Assembly: GCF_006345805.1 (NCBI RefSeq)
Contig: NW_021836453.1
Coordinates: 1-25,504, forward strand
Origin: Octopus sinensis
Taxonomy: Eukaryota
Reading direction: 5' to 3'
DNA length: 25,504 nt
Position numbers and translations under genes: made by a program. Position 1 is the stretch's first letter. Every line of letters starts with the position of its first letter. A model generated the notes under the pieces. It ran no database searches, had not been told where the DNA came from, and saw only the letters and a program-made list of their open reading frames with translations. Positions 11,817 to 23,789 of the stretch are shown here, in pieces.

Positions 11817-12449
11817 AATATTATTACTATTTGGTGATGCCACTTAGTCTAAGATGGTAAGTGTTGCTTTAATGAAGTGTAAGTATCGCCAGTTCCTACG
11901 GAAATATTTGCTGATAACCAACTATTTTCATTAAGTGCTTGGATTAACTCATAAATCCAAATCCGATTTTTCCTCCATAAGTGTTTTACTCACAACCACT
12001 TCTCTGCAACCACTTCTCCTTCTCTCTCTTTCTCTTTCTCTTTCTCTTTTCACCCCCCTCTTTGCTTGTCTTATTACGAGGTCAATAACCAATCTAGAAA
12101 TTAATGAGAAATAAAATAATATTAAATTAAATTAATTTGATTTAATTTCAGTAACAATATGTGTCGTTATTGTTATTGTTGATGTTGTTTAATTTTCATG
12201 GCTGAAAATTTAGCATTTTAAAACTCTAAGATTATTTTTCATTCTCCTGTAACCTGTTGCTAAGTTTATCTCTCTCCCTCCTCTCTCTTTCTTTGAGTCC
12301 TCGACATTAGGTAAATAGAGGAATTTATATAAGTATAGTATAGGACAATCAGTAAGTTGTCATAATAGGACTCAGAGTTTCAAATACTGGAGCTAGAGCT
12401 AGAGTGAGTAACATATTTACACATATATATATATATCTGTAAAATAATA

Positions 12450-12890
12450 TGTGACAATTATTCAATAGCCAAGATAAAACTCTGAGTTTCGGATGCCGAG
12501 GTGGAAATCCACAACACCATCTCTTCTGTTATCTGGCCATATAAGAAATTCCCGTTCGAACATAGCATATGTGCATTCTCATCATCAGCTACCCAAGCGG
12601 ATATCATAATGGTTTCGACACCTGGATAGGACCGTTTAATCCGGTATTATCCATGGCGTTAGAAATAAAGACGTTTCCTGGGAAACCACCAGTTTATTAC
12701 TAAAAGTAATAATATAAGTGTAAACTAATAGTGATAACTTATGGCTACAAAGCAATAATTATAGCAAAGAATTGAACTAATTCCAGTAAGGTGATGCATA
12801 CAAGCACTCAGCTCTGAGTTGCGCTTCTTCTTATAGCAGAAACAGCTGAAAGCCAATGATTGCATAATTCCTGTTCCCTCGATATTTCCT
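12450..12890 (-). mobile_element. Putative Penelope-like pseudo-LTR / retrozyme-like non-autonomous element (boundaries approximate)
   Basis: Non-repetitive, CpG-containing segment between TA and GT microsatellites. It has several hairpins (12621-12656, 12673-12686, 12804-12822) and ends in the hammerhead motif. Type I hammerheads are known from Penelope-like elements and retrozymes. No RT or GIY-YIG ORF in the window. Confidence 0.4.
12465..12540 (-). ncRNA. Type I hammerhead ribozyme motif (this copy carries a U4A core substitution, probably inactive)
   Basis: Minus-strand RNA: AUGGCCAGAUAA CAGAAGA GAUGGUGUUGUGGAUUUCCACCUCGGCAUCC GAAA CUCAGAG UU UUAUCUUGGCUAU. Stem I is AUGGCCAGAUAA/UUAUCU(U)GGCUAU, 12 bp with one G.U pair and one bulged U. 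Core CAGAAGA versus consensus CUGANGA. Stem II is GAUG/CAUC plus GUGG/CCAC. GAAA follows, then stem III ACUC-A-GAGU and U17. The order matches type I topology. Confidence 0.75.
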
Positions 12891-13099
12891 TAACTCATAT
12901 ACGTGTGGTGGTGGTGGTGTGTGTGGATAGACACATATTCGCACGCATATTTATATATGTGTGTGAATGCAGGAATGAATATTTGTATACACGCATAAAT
13001 TCTGTGAATGTTCTTTAACTTGTGACATTAGTAAAAGATAAAGTTCCTATAACATTACCTTCGGGTCAAACATTTAAACATTTACCAATTCCATATATT

Positions 13100-13445
13100 C
13101 CTCTTGTTGTTGCTGTTGTTGTTGCCATTGTTCTTGATGTCAATGGTAACGGTGGCGAGGTGGTGTCGATGGCGGTGGAAACAGTGATGGTGGTGGTGGT
13201 GGTAGTAAGGGTGATGGATGGTGGTGATATTAATGTTGGTGGTGGTAGTGGCTGTGGTAATGGCGGCGGCGGCGGTGGTGGCAATGGCTGTGATAGTGTT
13301 GGTGGTGGTGGTGGTGGTGTTGGTGGTGGTGGTGGTGGTGGTGGATGGTGGTAATATTAATGTTGGTGGTGGTAGTGGCTGTGGCGATGGCAATGGTTGT
13401 GATGGTGGTGGTGGTGGTGCAGGTGGTGGTGGTGGCGGTGGTGGT
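13100..13445. repeat. GGT-rich trinucleotide array with internal duplicated block ATATTAATGTTGGTGGTGGTAGTGGCTGTGG
   Basis: The block occurs at ~13227 and ~13355. Confidence 0.9.
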
Positions 13446-13670
13446 GAATGCTATAACGTTTCTCGCGTTGGTGATGTGCTTGACAACTCGTTTCGCCGAA
13501 CTCTTTTAGACGTAACGCGACTCCGCCTTTCTCTTCGTTGTTATTGTTACTGTTATCAGCGGGTATTGCCATGTGCGGAACGGTATTTATAATGTCATTC
13601 GGTGGTACCCTGTGTGTTGTGTGTCTGTGTCTATGTTTGTTTGTGCGTGTGAATGAGTGTGTGTAACTGC

Positions 13671-13707
<37 letters not shown>

Positions 13708-13798
13708 AGTGGCGCACTTGTGAGCATTTTAGTCAAGTATGCAACGTGTATGTGCATCAATATGATAGTATGTACATATATATATATATATGTGTGTG

Positions 13799-13902
<104 letters not shown>

Positions 13903-14137
13903 GTATATATATATGTATATGTATGTATGTATGTATATATTTATTTACATTTGTATATATATTATATATATAATATATATATATATATATATGATATATA
14001 ACCATATACATATGTATGATGAATATGATATATATATGTATTTACATATATATATATATATATAAGATACACACACACACACACCACACATATATATATA
14101 TATATATAAATACTCACATGCATATGTATATATATAG

Positions 14138-14144
<7 letters not shown>

Positions 14145-14194
<50 letters not shown>

Positions 14195-14439
14195 TAATGT
14201 GTGTGTGTTGTGTGTTATCTGTGTTCATGCTTATATGTACGAAAGTATTAATGCCGACAAAGATATTACGTATATGCGATATGTACTTTGGCGTTCCTTT
14301 ACGAAATCACGTATGTTTTTTTTTCTGAGTCTACATGTGTATGTGCGTATGTATATACGCAGATTTGCATGTATGTTTGCGCGTGCTCGTATGTGTGTGT
14401 ATGCATTTGTTTTTTTTTGAGTTTGTGTACGTTTGTATT

Positions 14440-14472
<33 letters not shown>

Positions 14473-14801
14473 TGGGGGTGCGTTTGTATGGACGAGAGTG
14501 GGGTACCGTGAATGTACGCGTTCCTTGTGATCTTATCACGAATTTGTGGAGATATTTTGTCTCTGCCATTCATCACTCTTTACCTATAGAATCTTCTAAA
14601 TGTTGCCACCGCCACCGTCTAACCCACCACCACCACCACCACCACCACCATCAACATCAACATCGCCATCACCCCCATCACCACAATCTGAAGAACTGAC
14701 AAATTGATTACATCAACGAACTTTTAAGCCATGATATTCTGCATTTCGCGTATGTTTCTAAAACATGGCGGAGTCTGTGGTGGTGGTGGTGGTGATGATG
14801 G

Positions 14802-14836
<35 letters not shown>

Positions 14837-14887
14837 ATGATGATGATGATTATGATGATGATGATTATGATGGTGATGATGATGATG

Positions 14888-14925
<38 letters not shown>

Positions 14926-15540
14926 TATGATGATGATGACGACGTTGATAACAGTGATGACGGCGATGACGGTGTCGATGATGATGATGACGATGTTGAT
15001 GATGAGAATGATGATGATTGTGATGATGACGACAACAACGACGCCGAAGATAATGACAATGACGACGAAGCGATGACAACTATGATGCTGATGGTGGTGA
15101 TGGTGATGACTATGATGATGATGATGACGATGATGATGATGACGGCAGCGACGACGGCGGCGATGATGACAACGAACCTGTTGTTGTTATTGTTGTCGCT
15201 GTCTCTCTCGTCGGCTGTATATTAAAACGATTTGACACCCGAACGAGAAAAATCACACCGTTTGCCCCACAAAAGGTGGGGATGTTTTGTCGCTTCCACC
15301 CCACACCGACCGACGTCTCTCATCTTCCAAGTTCAATGCGTGCAAAATCTTAGATATGCGAACACTGATCATTCCACGCATTATGACACACCCATATATA
15401 TCCATATATATATGTGTATGTATATGCATGCATGTGTGTATAAACACACACGTATGCATAGACATATATGTACATATGCACACACACATACATATATATA
15501 TATATGTATATGTGTGTATACATACATATGTATATATATA
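14145..15540 (+). repeat. Tandem duplication, copy 1 (~1.4 kb)
   Basis: Unique blocks are repeated at an offset of 1396-1444 bp (e.g. CTAATGTGTG at 14194 and 15590). Only two substitutions were seen outside microsatellites (14772 A/16169 T; 15269 A/16713 G). Confidence 0.95.
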
Positions 15541-15590
<50 letters not shown>

Positions 15591-16183
15591 TAATGTGTGT
15601 GTGTTGTGTGTTATCTGTGTTCATGCTTATATGTACGAAAGTATTAATGCCGACAAAGATATTACGTATATGCGATATGTACTTTGGCGTTCCTTTACGA
15701 AATCACGTATGTTTTTTTTTCTGAGTCTACATGTGTATGTGCGTATGTATATACGCAGATTTGCATGTATGTTTGCGCGTGCTCGTATGTGTGTGTATGC
15801 ATTTGTTTTTTTTTGAGTTTGTGTACGTTTGTATTTATGTGTGTGTGTGTGTGTGTGTGTGTGTGGTGGGGGTGCGTTTGTATGGACGAGAGTGGGGTAC
15901 CGTGAATGTACGCGTTCCTTGTGATCTTATCACGAATTTGTGGAGATATTTTGTCTCTGCCATTCATCACTCTTTACCTATAGAATCTTCTAAATGTTGC
16001 CACCGCCACCGTCTAACCCACCACCACCACCACCACCACCACCACCATCAACATCAACATCGCCATCACCCCCATCACCACAATCTGAAGAACTGACAAA
16101 TTGATTACATCAACGAACTTTTAAGCCATGATATTCTGCATTTCGCGTATGTTTCTAAAACATGGCGGTGTCTGTGGTGGTGG

Positions 16184-16251
<68 letters not shown>

Positions 16252-16286
16252 ATGATGATGATGATTATGATGTGATGATGATGATG

Positions 16287-16324
<38 letters not shown>

Positions 16325-16968
16325 TATGATGATGATGACGACGTTGATAACAGTGATGACGGCGATGACGGTGTCGATGATGATGATGACGATGTTGATG
16401 ATGAGAATGATGATGATTGTGATGATGACGACAACAACGACGCCGAAGATAATGACAATGACGACGAAGCGATGACAACTATGATGCTGATGGTGGTGAT
16501 GGTGATGACTATGATGATGATGATGACGATGATGATGATGACGATGATGATGATGACGATGATGATGATGACGATGATGATGATGACGGCAGCGACGACG
16601 GCGGCGATGATGACAACGAACCTGTTGTTGTTATTGTTGTCGCTGTCTCTCTCGTCGGCTGTATATTAAAACGATTTGACACCCGAACGAGAAAAATCAC
16701 ACCGTTTGCCCCGCAAAAGGTGGGGATGTTTTGTCGCTTCCACCCCACACCGACCGACGTCTCTCATCTTCCAAGTTCAATGCGTGCAAAATCTTAGATA
16801 TGCGAACACTGATCATTCCACGCATTATGACACACCCATATATATCCATATATATATGTGTATGTATATGCATGCATGTGTGTATAAACACACACGTATG
16901 CATAGACATATATGTACATATGCACACACACATACATATATATATATGTATATGTGTGTATACATACA

Positions 16969-17006
<38 letters not shown>
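15541..17006 (+). repeat. Tandem duplication, copy 2
   Basis: Same block order as copy 1. It differs mainly in GAT/CAC/TA tract lengths and a 1-bp loss near 16272, and ends in (TA)n at ~17006. Confidence 0.95.
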
Positions 17007-17009
<3 letters not shown>

Positions 17010-17130
17010 TGATGGGTAGAAAATGGATAGATGAATTAATAGACCAATATAGAAAGTCAGGTAGAGAGATACATAAACACATCGGCAGCTAGCTAGTAAT
17101 ATAACTGGATAAATAGAAAGAAAGAGTGAA

Positions 17131-17178
17131 AGATAGATAGATAGACAGCCAGACAGACCGACAGACAGACAGACAGAC

Positions 17179-17232
<54 letters not shown>

Positions 17233-17250
17233 GTAGATAGACAGATAGAT

Positions 17251-17306
<56 letters not shown>

Positions 17307-17364
17307 TATAGATAGACAGACAGACAGGTAGATAGATAGATAGATAGATAGATAGACAGACAGG

Positions 17365-17424
<60 letters not shown>

Positions 17425-17430
17425 CAGACA
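17131..17430. repeat. (GATA)n/(GACA)n tetranucleotide array
   Basis: Direct reading. Confidence 0.97.
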
Positions 17431-18734
17431 CGTTCTTTATAACGAACAAGAATTTAATCAGCACATACAGTTCTAGCCTTAATTTAAGATAGTGCCGTGT
17501 CACAATTCGCAAAACATACAACATGAGTCATACGTAAGTAATAGTACAACTAAAATTGCAGTTATGTTGTAAGGGAAGATAGCTGTCGTTGACTAAATAG
17601 TAACGTTCTAAAACCTAGGTTTATGTTTCCTTTAAGGAAAGCATACGATATAGCTTGTTCTTTCCTGCTTAAAATGTCACCAGTTAGAGTTAGAAACTGT
17701 AGTTTTCCGTTGCACATAGATGACATGGTCATTGTACGCCTTTTACAAAAGTTCCCTATTTTATCGTAAGATTGCAGGCTATTCCAGCTTTTATGGGTAA
17801 AATAAACTTTGTTTTTTATTCCCATCCACCCTCCCATACATACACTGACACATGCACACTCATACCCACAATATCACTCGCGCAGAAATGTACATGCGCA
17901 GATAAAGAAAGTATGAGAGACATTACAATTCATTAATTGTATATAATGAACGTGAACACTTTTCCTCTCTTCATACACATGATGAAAAATATACTCACAC
18001 AGAATCAGAATGAAGGATGGGGAGATAGCGAGAGGGGTAGAGGTAAATAGAGAGAGGAAGAGAAAACGAAGGAAACAATAAAACAAGCGAAGCATTAAAA
18101 TGTCCGATGTCAAATAAGTCAGCGTCGAATCAGTGACTCCAAATAAACGGCGCCTAAACGCCTACGCCCGAACGTTTCATATCTTTACATGACTACTATT
18201 CTTCTTATGGACATTCTCAAAGATATAGAAAATGGTAAAAATCACCCACCTAATCAAAATTGCAACTTAGAAAGGGACTTAAGTAAATACCTAGTGGTAT
18301 TTACCCAGGTATTTCATGGTAACTGAATGACTACTGTTGCTCTTCTGTCTCTGGAGATAAACAATGATATGATTTAATGGCTGTCTTTAATATTTCAGGT
18401 TGTTTTGAAAGGATTCTGTCTTGTGTTAATTTAATAAACACATTATAATGAAATTGGTTCCACGTGGTTAGACATATTGAACGTTTGGGAAATAAGAACG
18501 ATGGACAGGGTGTTTAATCAGCATTGGTCTGTATCAGGACAGTCATAGAAGAATAGCCATTATTAGAATCAGGTATGAAGGGATGGTTGTGGTGGTGGTG
18601 GTGGTGGGGTGTGGTGGTGGTGTAGTGGGGGATGGGTTAAGGTTATTATGGAAGCGGTTAGAACAGGTATGGAATCGACTGAGCAGAACGGAAATATTAA
18701 TATAGGGAAGAGAGGAGTCGGTGGCGGGATATGC

Positions 18735-18865
18735 AATGATGATGATGATGATGAAGAAGAAGAAGAAGAAGAAGAAGAAGAAAGAAGAAGAAGAAGAAGA
18801 AGAAGAAGAAGAAGAAGAAGAAGAAAAGGAAGAGGAAGAAGAAAAGGAAGAGGAAGAGGAAGGGA
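18735..18865. repeat. (GAT)n(GAA)n purine-rich array
   Basis: Direct reading. Confidence 0.95.
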
Positions 18866-19294
18866 GGATTATTCTATCCCGAGTTAATAGTTTTAATTAA
18901 TTTCTGTTCTAGAAATCGATCGATATTATGTGTTGTAAAACGATCGAACAGTTTTATTGATATCAACCTGCAAACTTAGTGAATTCAATAAAAAACAACA
19001 AAATACATGTAAAAACAAAGAAACAAAAAAGTAAAAACGAAAAAATATAAAACCTTTTTGTCAGATTGAAGGAACGTTCCAGAAAGTTGTCAGAGATGGT
19101 TTTTCAATAAAATATCCTAATTAATTCTTAGTTTAATTAAATGCGGTTAATCTTGTTACGTTGTCTTTGATTATTTGTTTTAATTAAGTAGGTAATGTAT
19201 CTTTGTCTATGCAACAGAATTATATGGTGGGTCTTTTTTTTTTTTAATCTTCTTTGACGGTAAGAAAATTAAAATTAGTAATCTAGTTATCTTC

Positions 19295-19830
19295 ATGCTG
19301 TTGTTGTTGTTGTTGTTGATGATGATGATGACGGCGACGGCGACAATGACGATGATACGGGTGATAGTGGTGGTAGTGAAGGTGGTAATGAAGAGGATGA
19401 TGACGACGACGACGACGAGGATGATGACATTGATGATGATGATGAGGAGGAGGATGACGTTGACGGCGACGACGACAATGACGATGATACGGGTGATAGT
19501 GGTGGTAGTGGTGGTGGTGATGAAGATGATGACGACGACGATGATTATGATGATGAAGATGATGATGATGAAGAAGATGATGATGATAAGAGCGATAGCA
19601 GTGGTGATGATAATGATGATGATGAGGAGGAGGATGATGATGAGGAGCAGGAGGACAAGGAGGATGACTTCGGTGATGATGATGTCGATAGTAATGATGA
19701 TGAAGATTATGATTGACGACGAAGATGATGATGACCACGATGATGATGAAGCTGGTGACAATGATGACAACGATGGCGACGATGACTGACAACAACGACG
19801 ACGCCATTGATGACAAGGATGATAATAAAT
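19295..19830. repeat. GAT/GAC/GAG compound array with internal ~50-bp duplication
   Basis: TGACGGCGACRRCGACAATGACGATGATACGGGTGATAGTGGTGGTAGTG at ~19329 and ~19461. Confidence 0.9.
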
Positions 19831-20826
19831 CCGATCCTTAAACGTAAAAACCGACTTAAATCCCTTATCCAGGTTCCCACCTGTCTTTCTAATACGGCAG
19901 ATCGAAAGAGACCCCCCCCCCACCGACCACTATGTAATATTATACGTTAGTTCGCTATTTGTATCACTCAGAATCAATAGAATTGATGTGTATGTGATTG
20001 GCCACGGAGGTATTGGTAAATAGATGCATAAAGACGAAGCGTATCGATAGTAATTAATTATAAGCAGGTAGCATGTTTCCGAATCAATCATTAGCAAAAC
20101 CAATCATTAAAACTACCCTGAGTAGGTCAATAAGTCAATAAAAACATTTCATCTGTTCGCACCACTTTGAAGTAGTTTAGCATTAAAGCTAATAAGGTTA
20201 GCACTAAACCACTGAGCTTTCCCCTTAAACTGAGCATTTGATGACTTTTTAATGGCCCCCTGAAACAACGTTATGACTCTTACGATCTTGCTGGTCTCTT
20301 GAAAGCGATCCTTTTAACTACTTCCGAGTCGTTATTGAAGTATTTCCAAAATGGTTATTATGCGTTCATGAATTTGTTGTTGGAGTTTATGTAATTGTAC
20401 CAGCGAGTACCATATTCCCTGTTGAGACCATCGAAACAGATACACTGCAAAGTAGTGGGAGGGATGAAGGAAAGGAGGGAATGAAGTTCATATTCTCTTT
20501 CACCAAAAATGGTTAGGTTCAATGGCTTTTGAGAGAACCAAAGTATCTTTCTGTTGATTTAACTCTGTAAAGGGAGATTGTTTTTGATGCTTCGGGTTAA
20601 ATATACAAAAGAAATTTAAGAGAATTTGAAAGTATATGTACACTGCCGGTTTATGTGAGGATTTCAAAAACTAAAAGATCGCAAAAATCTCGATGATTAT
20701 ATTGAAGAAGCAAAACCTTTCTAATTTAAGCGTAGTGTAATTAAAACTTACGGTTGTTTATTATAAAAGATAAAAGCGTCGATAACGTTCTGTATTAAAG
20801 GATATTATATAAAATATGTATAAATA

Positions 20827-21049
20827 GGTGCAGGCGTGGCTGTGTGGTAAGATGTATGCTTCCCAAGCACATGGTTCCATGTTCGGTCCCACTGCGTGGC
20901 ACCTTGGGCAAGTGTCTTCTACTATAGGCTCAAGCTAACCAAAGCCTTGTGAGTGGATTTGGTAAGCAGAAACTGTGTGTGTCTTTGTGTTTGTATTTGT
21001 CTTCCCCCCAACACTTTTGACAGTTGGTGTTGGTATGTTTAGGTCCCCG
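20827..21049 (+). mobile_element. Family A SINE, 5' part with internal deletion, 3' truncated
   Basis: GGTGCAGGCGTGGCTGTGTGGTAAG...GGTCCCACTGCGTGGCACCTTGGGCAAGTGTCTTCTACTATAG...AAAGCCTTGTGAGTGGATTTGGTA aligns by eye with 2814-3060. Confidence 0.85.
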
Positions 21050-21084
21050 AAGCTCGATAGATGGATTTTACCTCGAATTCAAAG

Positions 21085-22450
21085 ACACAACCTTGTCATT
21101 CTGTCTTTCTATATTTTTCTGTATCTTTCTGTAACCTCCCGCATCTCTTTGTATAATTCAACTTCTTTTTGTACCATTCCGTGCTATTTCTATTGTTTTG
21201 CATTTTTCTAAATTTTTTTGTATCTTACTATGCCTTAACTATGTGGAGGCACATGGCCGAGTGGTTAGAGCAACGGACTCGCGGTCGAGGGATCGCGGGT
21301 TCGAATTTCAGACCGGGCGATGTGTGTGTTTATGAGCGAAACACCTAAGCTCCACGCAGCTCCGGCAGAAGGTAATGGCGAAATTTCTGCTGACTCTTTC
21401 GCCACAACTTTCTCTCACTCTTTCCTCCTGCATCTTCCAGCTCACTTGTGACGGACTGGCATCCCGTCAAGGTGGGGAACCTATACGCCAAGGAAACCGG
21501 GAAACCGGCCCTTATGAGCCAGGGGTAGCTCGAGAAGGAACAAACATGCCTTTACTACGTCCTTCTGTCTCTTTCTGAGTCCTTTTGAGGCTTTTTAACG
21601 TGTCTGTACCTTTCGGTACCTTTCTAGGTCACTTTGTGTCCTCTACTGCAAACCTGTCCTTTTCTAAGTCTTTCTATGTTTATTTTCTGAATCTTTTTGC
21701 ATCTTACTATATCTTTCTGGGACTTCTTGTACATTTCTAAGTCTTTCAGTACTTTTCTTAAGTCATTTTTTATCTTTCTATATCGTCTTGTATCACTTTG
21801 TACCATTTTGTTTCTGTCTATGTCTTTCTGGCCCATTTTGAAATTTCCTCCATCTTTCTTGCTATTATTTTGTGTCTTTCTGCGTCATTTTACATTTTTC
21901 TACATTTTTCTCTTTATACTTTTTCTTTGTCTTTTTGTACCTTTTACTATCTTTCTCACTCTGCTTGCATCTTTCTATGACTTTTCGTGTCTTTCTGAGT
22001 CTTTTGTATCTTTTTACGTCATCTGGTGTCTTCCTACATCTTTTTCTGCCTTCCTACATCTTTTAATGTCTTTCTACGACTTTTATTATATCTTTCTATA
22101 TCTGTTTCTCTCTTCCTGCTTCTTCCTGCGTATTTCTGTCTCTTTCTCCGTCTTTCTATATCTCTTTGTATTTTTCAGAATCTATTTGTGTCTTTCTATG
22201 CCTAATTGAATCTTTCTTCATCTATTTGTATTTTTCCGTGTCTTGCTAAGTCTCTTTGTATCTTTCTATACGTTTTTTTCTATCCTTCTTTGTCTATTTT
22301 GTAATGTTTTTATATCATTCTATGTCGTTCAGTCGCTTTTCCCACCTTTTCTAGTCTTTCTATGTCATTCTTTGTATCTCAGCGCCATTTTGTATCTTCT
22401 ACGTTTTTCTATATTTATTTTACGCCTTTTTGTATCTCTTTTGAATTTTG
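21085..22450. repeat. Pyrimidine-rich degenerate ~10-bp periodic repeat (~RTCTTTYTRT), interrupted by the family C SINE
   Basis: Successive decamers such as ATCTTTTTGC/ATCTTACTAT/ATCTTTCTGG/GACTTCTTGT/ACATTTCTAA/GTCTTTCAGT at 21701-21760. The pattern is present on both sides of the SINE. Confidence 0.8.
21245..21545 (+). mobile_element. tRNA-derived SINE (family C, V-domain-like), full length with 15-bp TSD
   Basis: A-box TGGCCGAGTGG (21254-21264) and B-box GGTTCGAAT (21298-21306). Central GACGGACTGGCATCCCGTC resembles the V-SINE domain from memory. Tail ends GCTCGAGAAGGAACAAAC. Flanks ATGCCTTAACTATGT (21230-21244) and ATGCCTTTACTACGT (21546-21560) match 13/15. Confidence 0.85.
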
Positions 22451-22519
22451 AATGTTTTCAACTAAATATAATTATTTGTTATTTATTTTTTAAAATTCAA
22501 CTTCATTTTAGCATTATTG

Positions 22520-22563
22520 TTTTGTATGTGTCTGTGTGTATATATAATATGTATATATATATG

Positions 22564-22641
<78 letters not shown>

Positions 22642-22900
22642 CATGCATATATCTATAAGTGTGTGTGTATGTATGCATGTAATGTGTCTATGTATGTATG
22701 TACGTTTATGGTATGTATGCATCCATGTGTTTATGCATATAAATATGTGTGTATATACAGATGTGTGAGTATCATATTAATACGTGTATTTGCAAACGTT
22801 TCTGTATGATTGTATGTGTGTGAACGTGAGTGTAAGTATGCCTGGATCATCATCATCATCATCATCATCACCATCAATATTATCACCATTGCTGTTGTTG

Positions 22901-22956
<56 letters not shown>

Positions 22957-23010
22957 GACATCATCATCATCATCATATCATCGTCGTAGTCGTCGTCGCC
23001 GATGTCGTTG
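22520..23010. repeat. TA/TG field followed by CAT/GTT/ATT/CGT compound array
   Basis: Direct reading. Confidence 0.92.
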
Positions 23011-23462
23011 TTGTAGTTGCTATTTCTTCAGACAAAGTCACGTGAATAGATATCCTTTCTATAGAATATCACACACAACAAAATTATTGTGCCTATGGTA
23101 AACCATAACAAAACGGCTTACAAAGAGACTAGCTTGCTTCTATGGTAGCCTGTAAATTTAATATTTATTTTTGCCATTACTGTCACAGACGCACAGCTCC
23201 AGACAACACGTTGCAAAGGTGAGGAAATTCTCGCAGAGATGGCGTGCAACAGATGAATACATCCAGAATTAATTATTCCATCTTTGGAATGGGAAATAAT
23301 AAAGAAAAATTAATAAATTTTGAGAAATCAATGTAAAAGAAAGGAAGAAAAATCAATAAAAAAACCCCTAAAAAACTGATGGAACAGCTTTATACATGCA
23401 TGCATATATACATACATGCATACACATACGTACACACAAATATACACACATACAAACACATA

Positions 23463-23506
<44 letters not shown>

Positions 23507-23789
23507 GTATATATATATTTGTATAAACACCACAGATATATCTATATCTATATATGTATCTATCTATCGATATATATATGTGTGTGTGTGTGTATGTGTG
23601 TATATGTATAACACATACACTCACACACACATAAATGTATACGTATATGTGCGTTTGCATGTATATGCTGGTGCATACATATATGTGTGTATGAATATTT
23701 GTCTATACACATAAATGTATGTACATTTATGTACATACATATATATATATATATATATACACACACATTAATATTATAATATATATATA

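Noticed and set aside
12555-12620. CGAAAC...CTGATGA on the minus strand as a type II hammerhead
   Set aside because: Stem III has a C.A mismatch next to the core, stem I cannot be placed in register, and no stem II pairing exists.
12790-12835. Minus-strand peptide KKRNSELSACMH resembling the Penelope endonuclease C-terminal SELxxxCxH pattern
   Set aside because: The spacing is off by one residue, the match is short and the upstream motifs are absent. It is only a weak hint.
14731-15225. 164-aa acidic poly-Asp ORF
   Set aside because: It is a GAT-repeat translation. The duplicate copy is frameshifted near 16272 with no sign of frame constraint.
21245-21320. tRNA gene
   Set aside because: A and B boxes are present, but there is no clean cloverleaf or T-run terminator. 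It continues into a SINE body and is flanked by a TSD.
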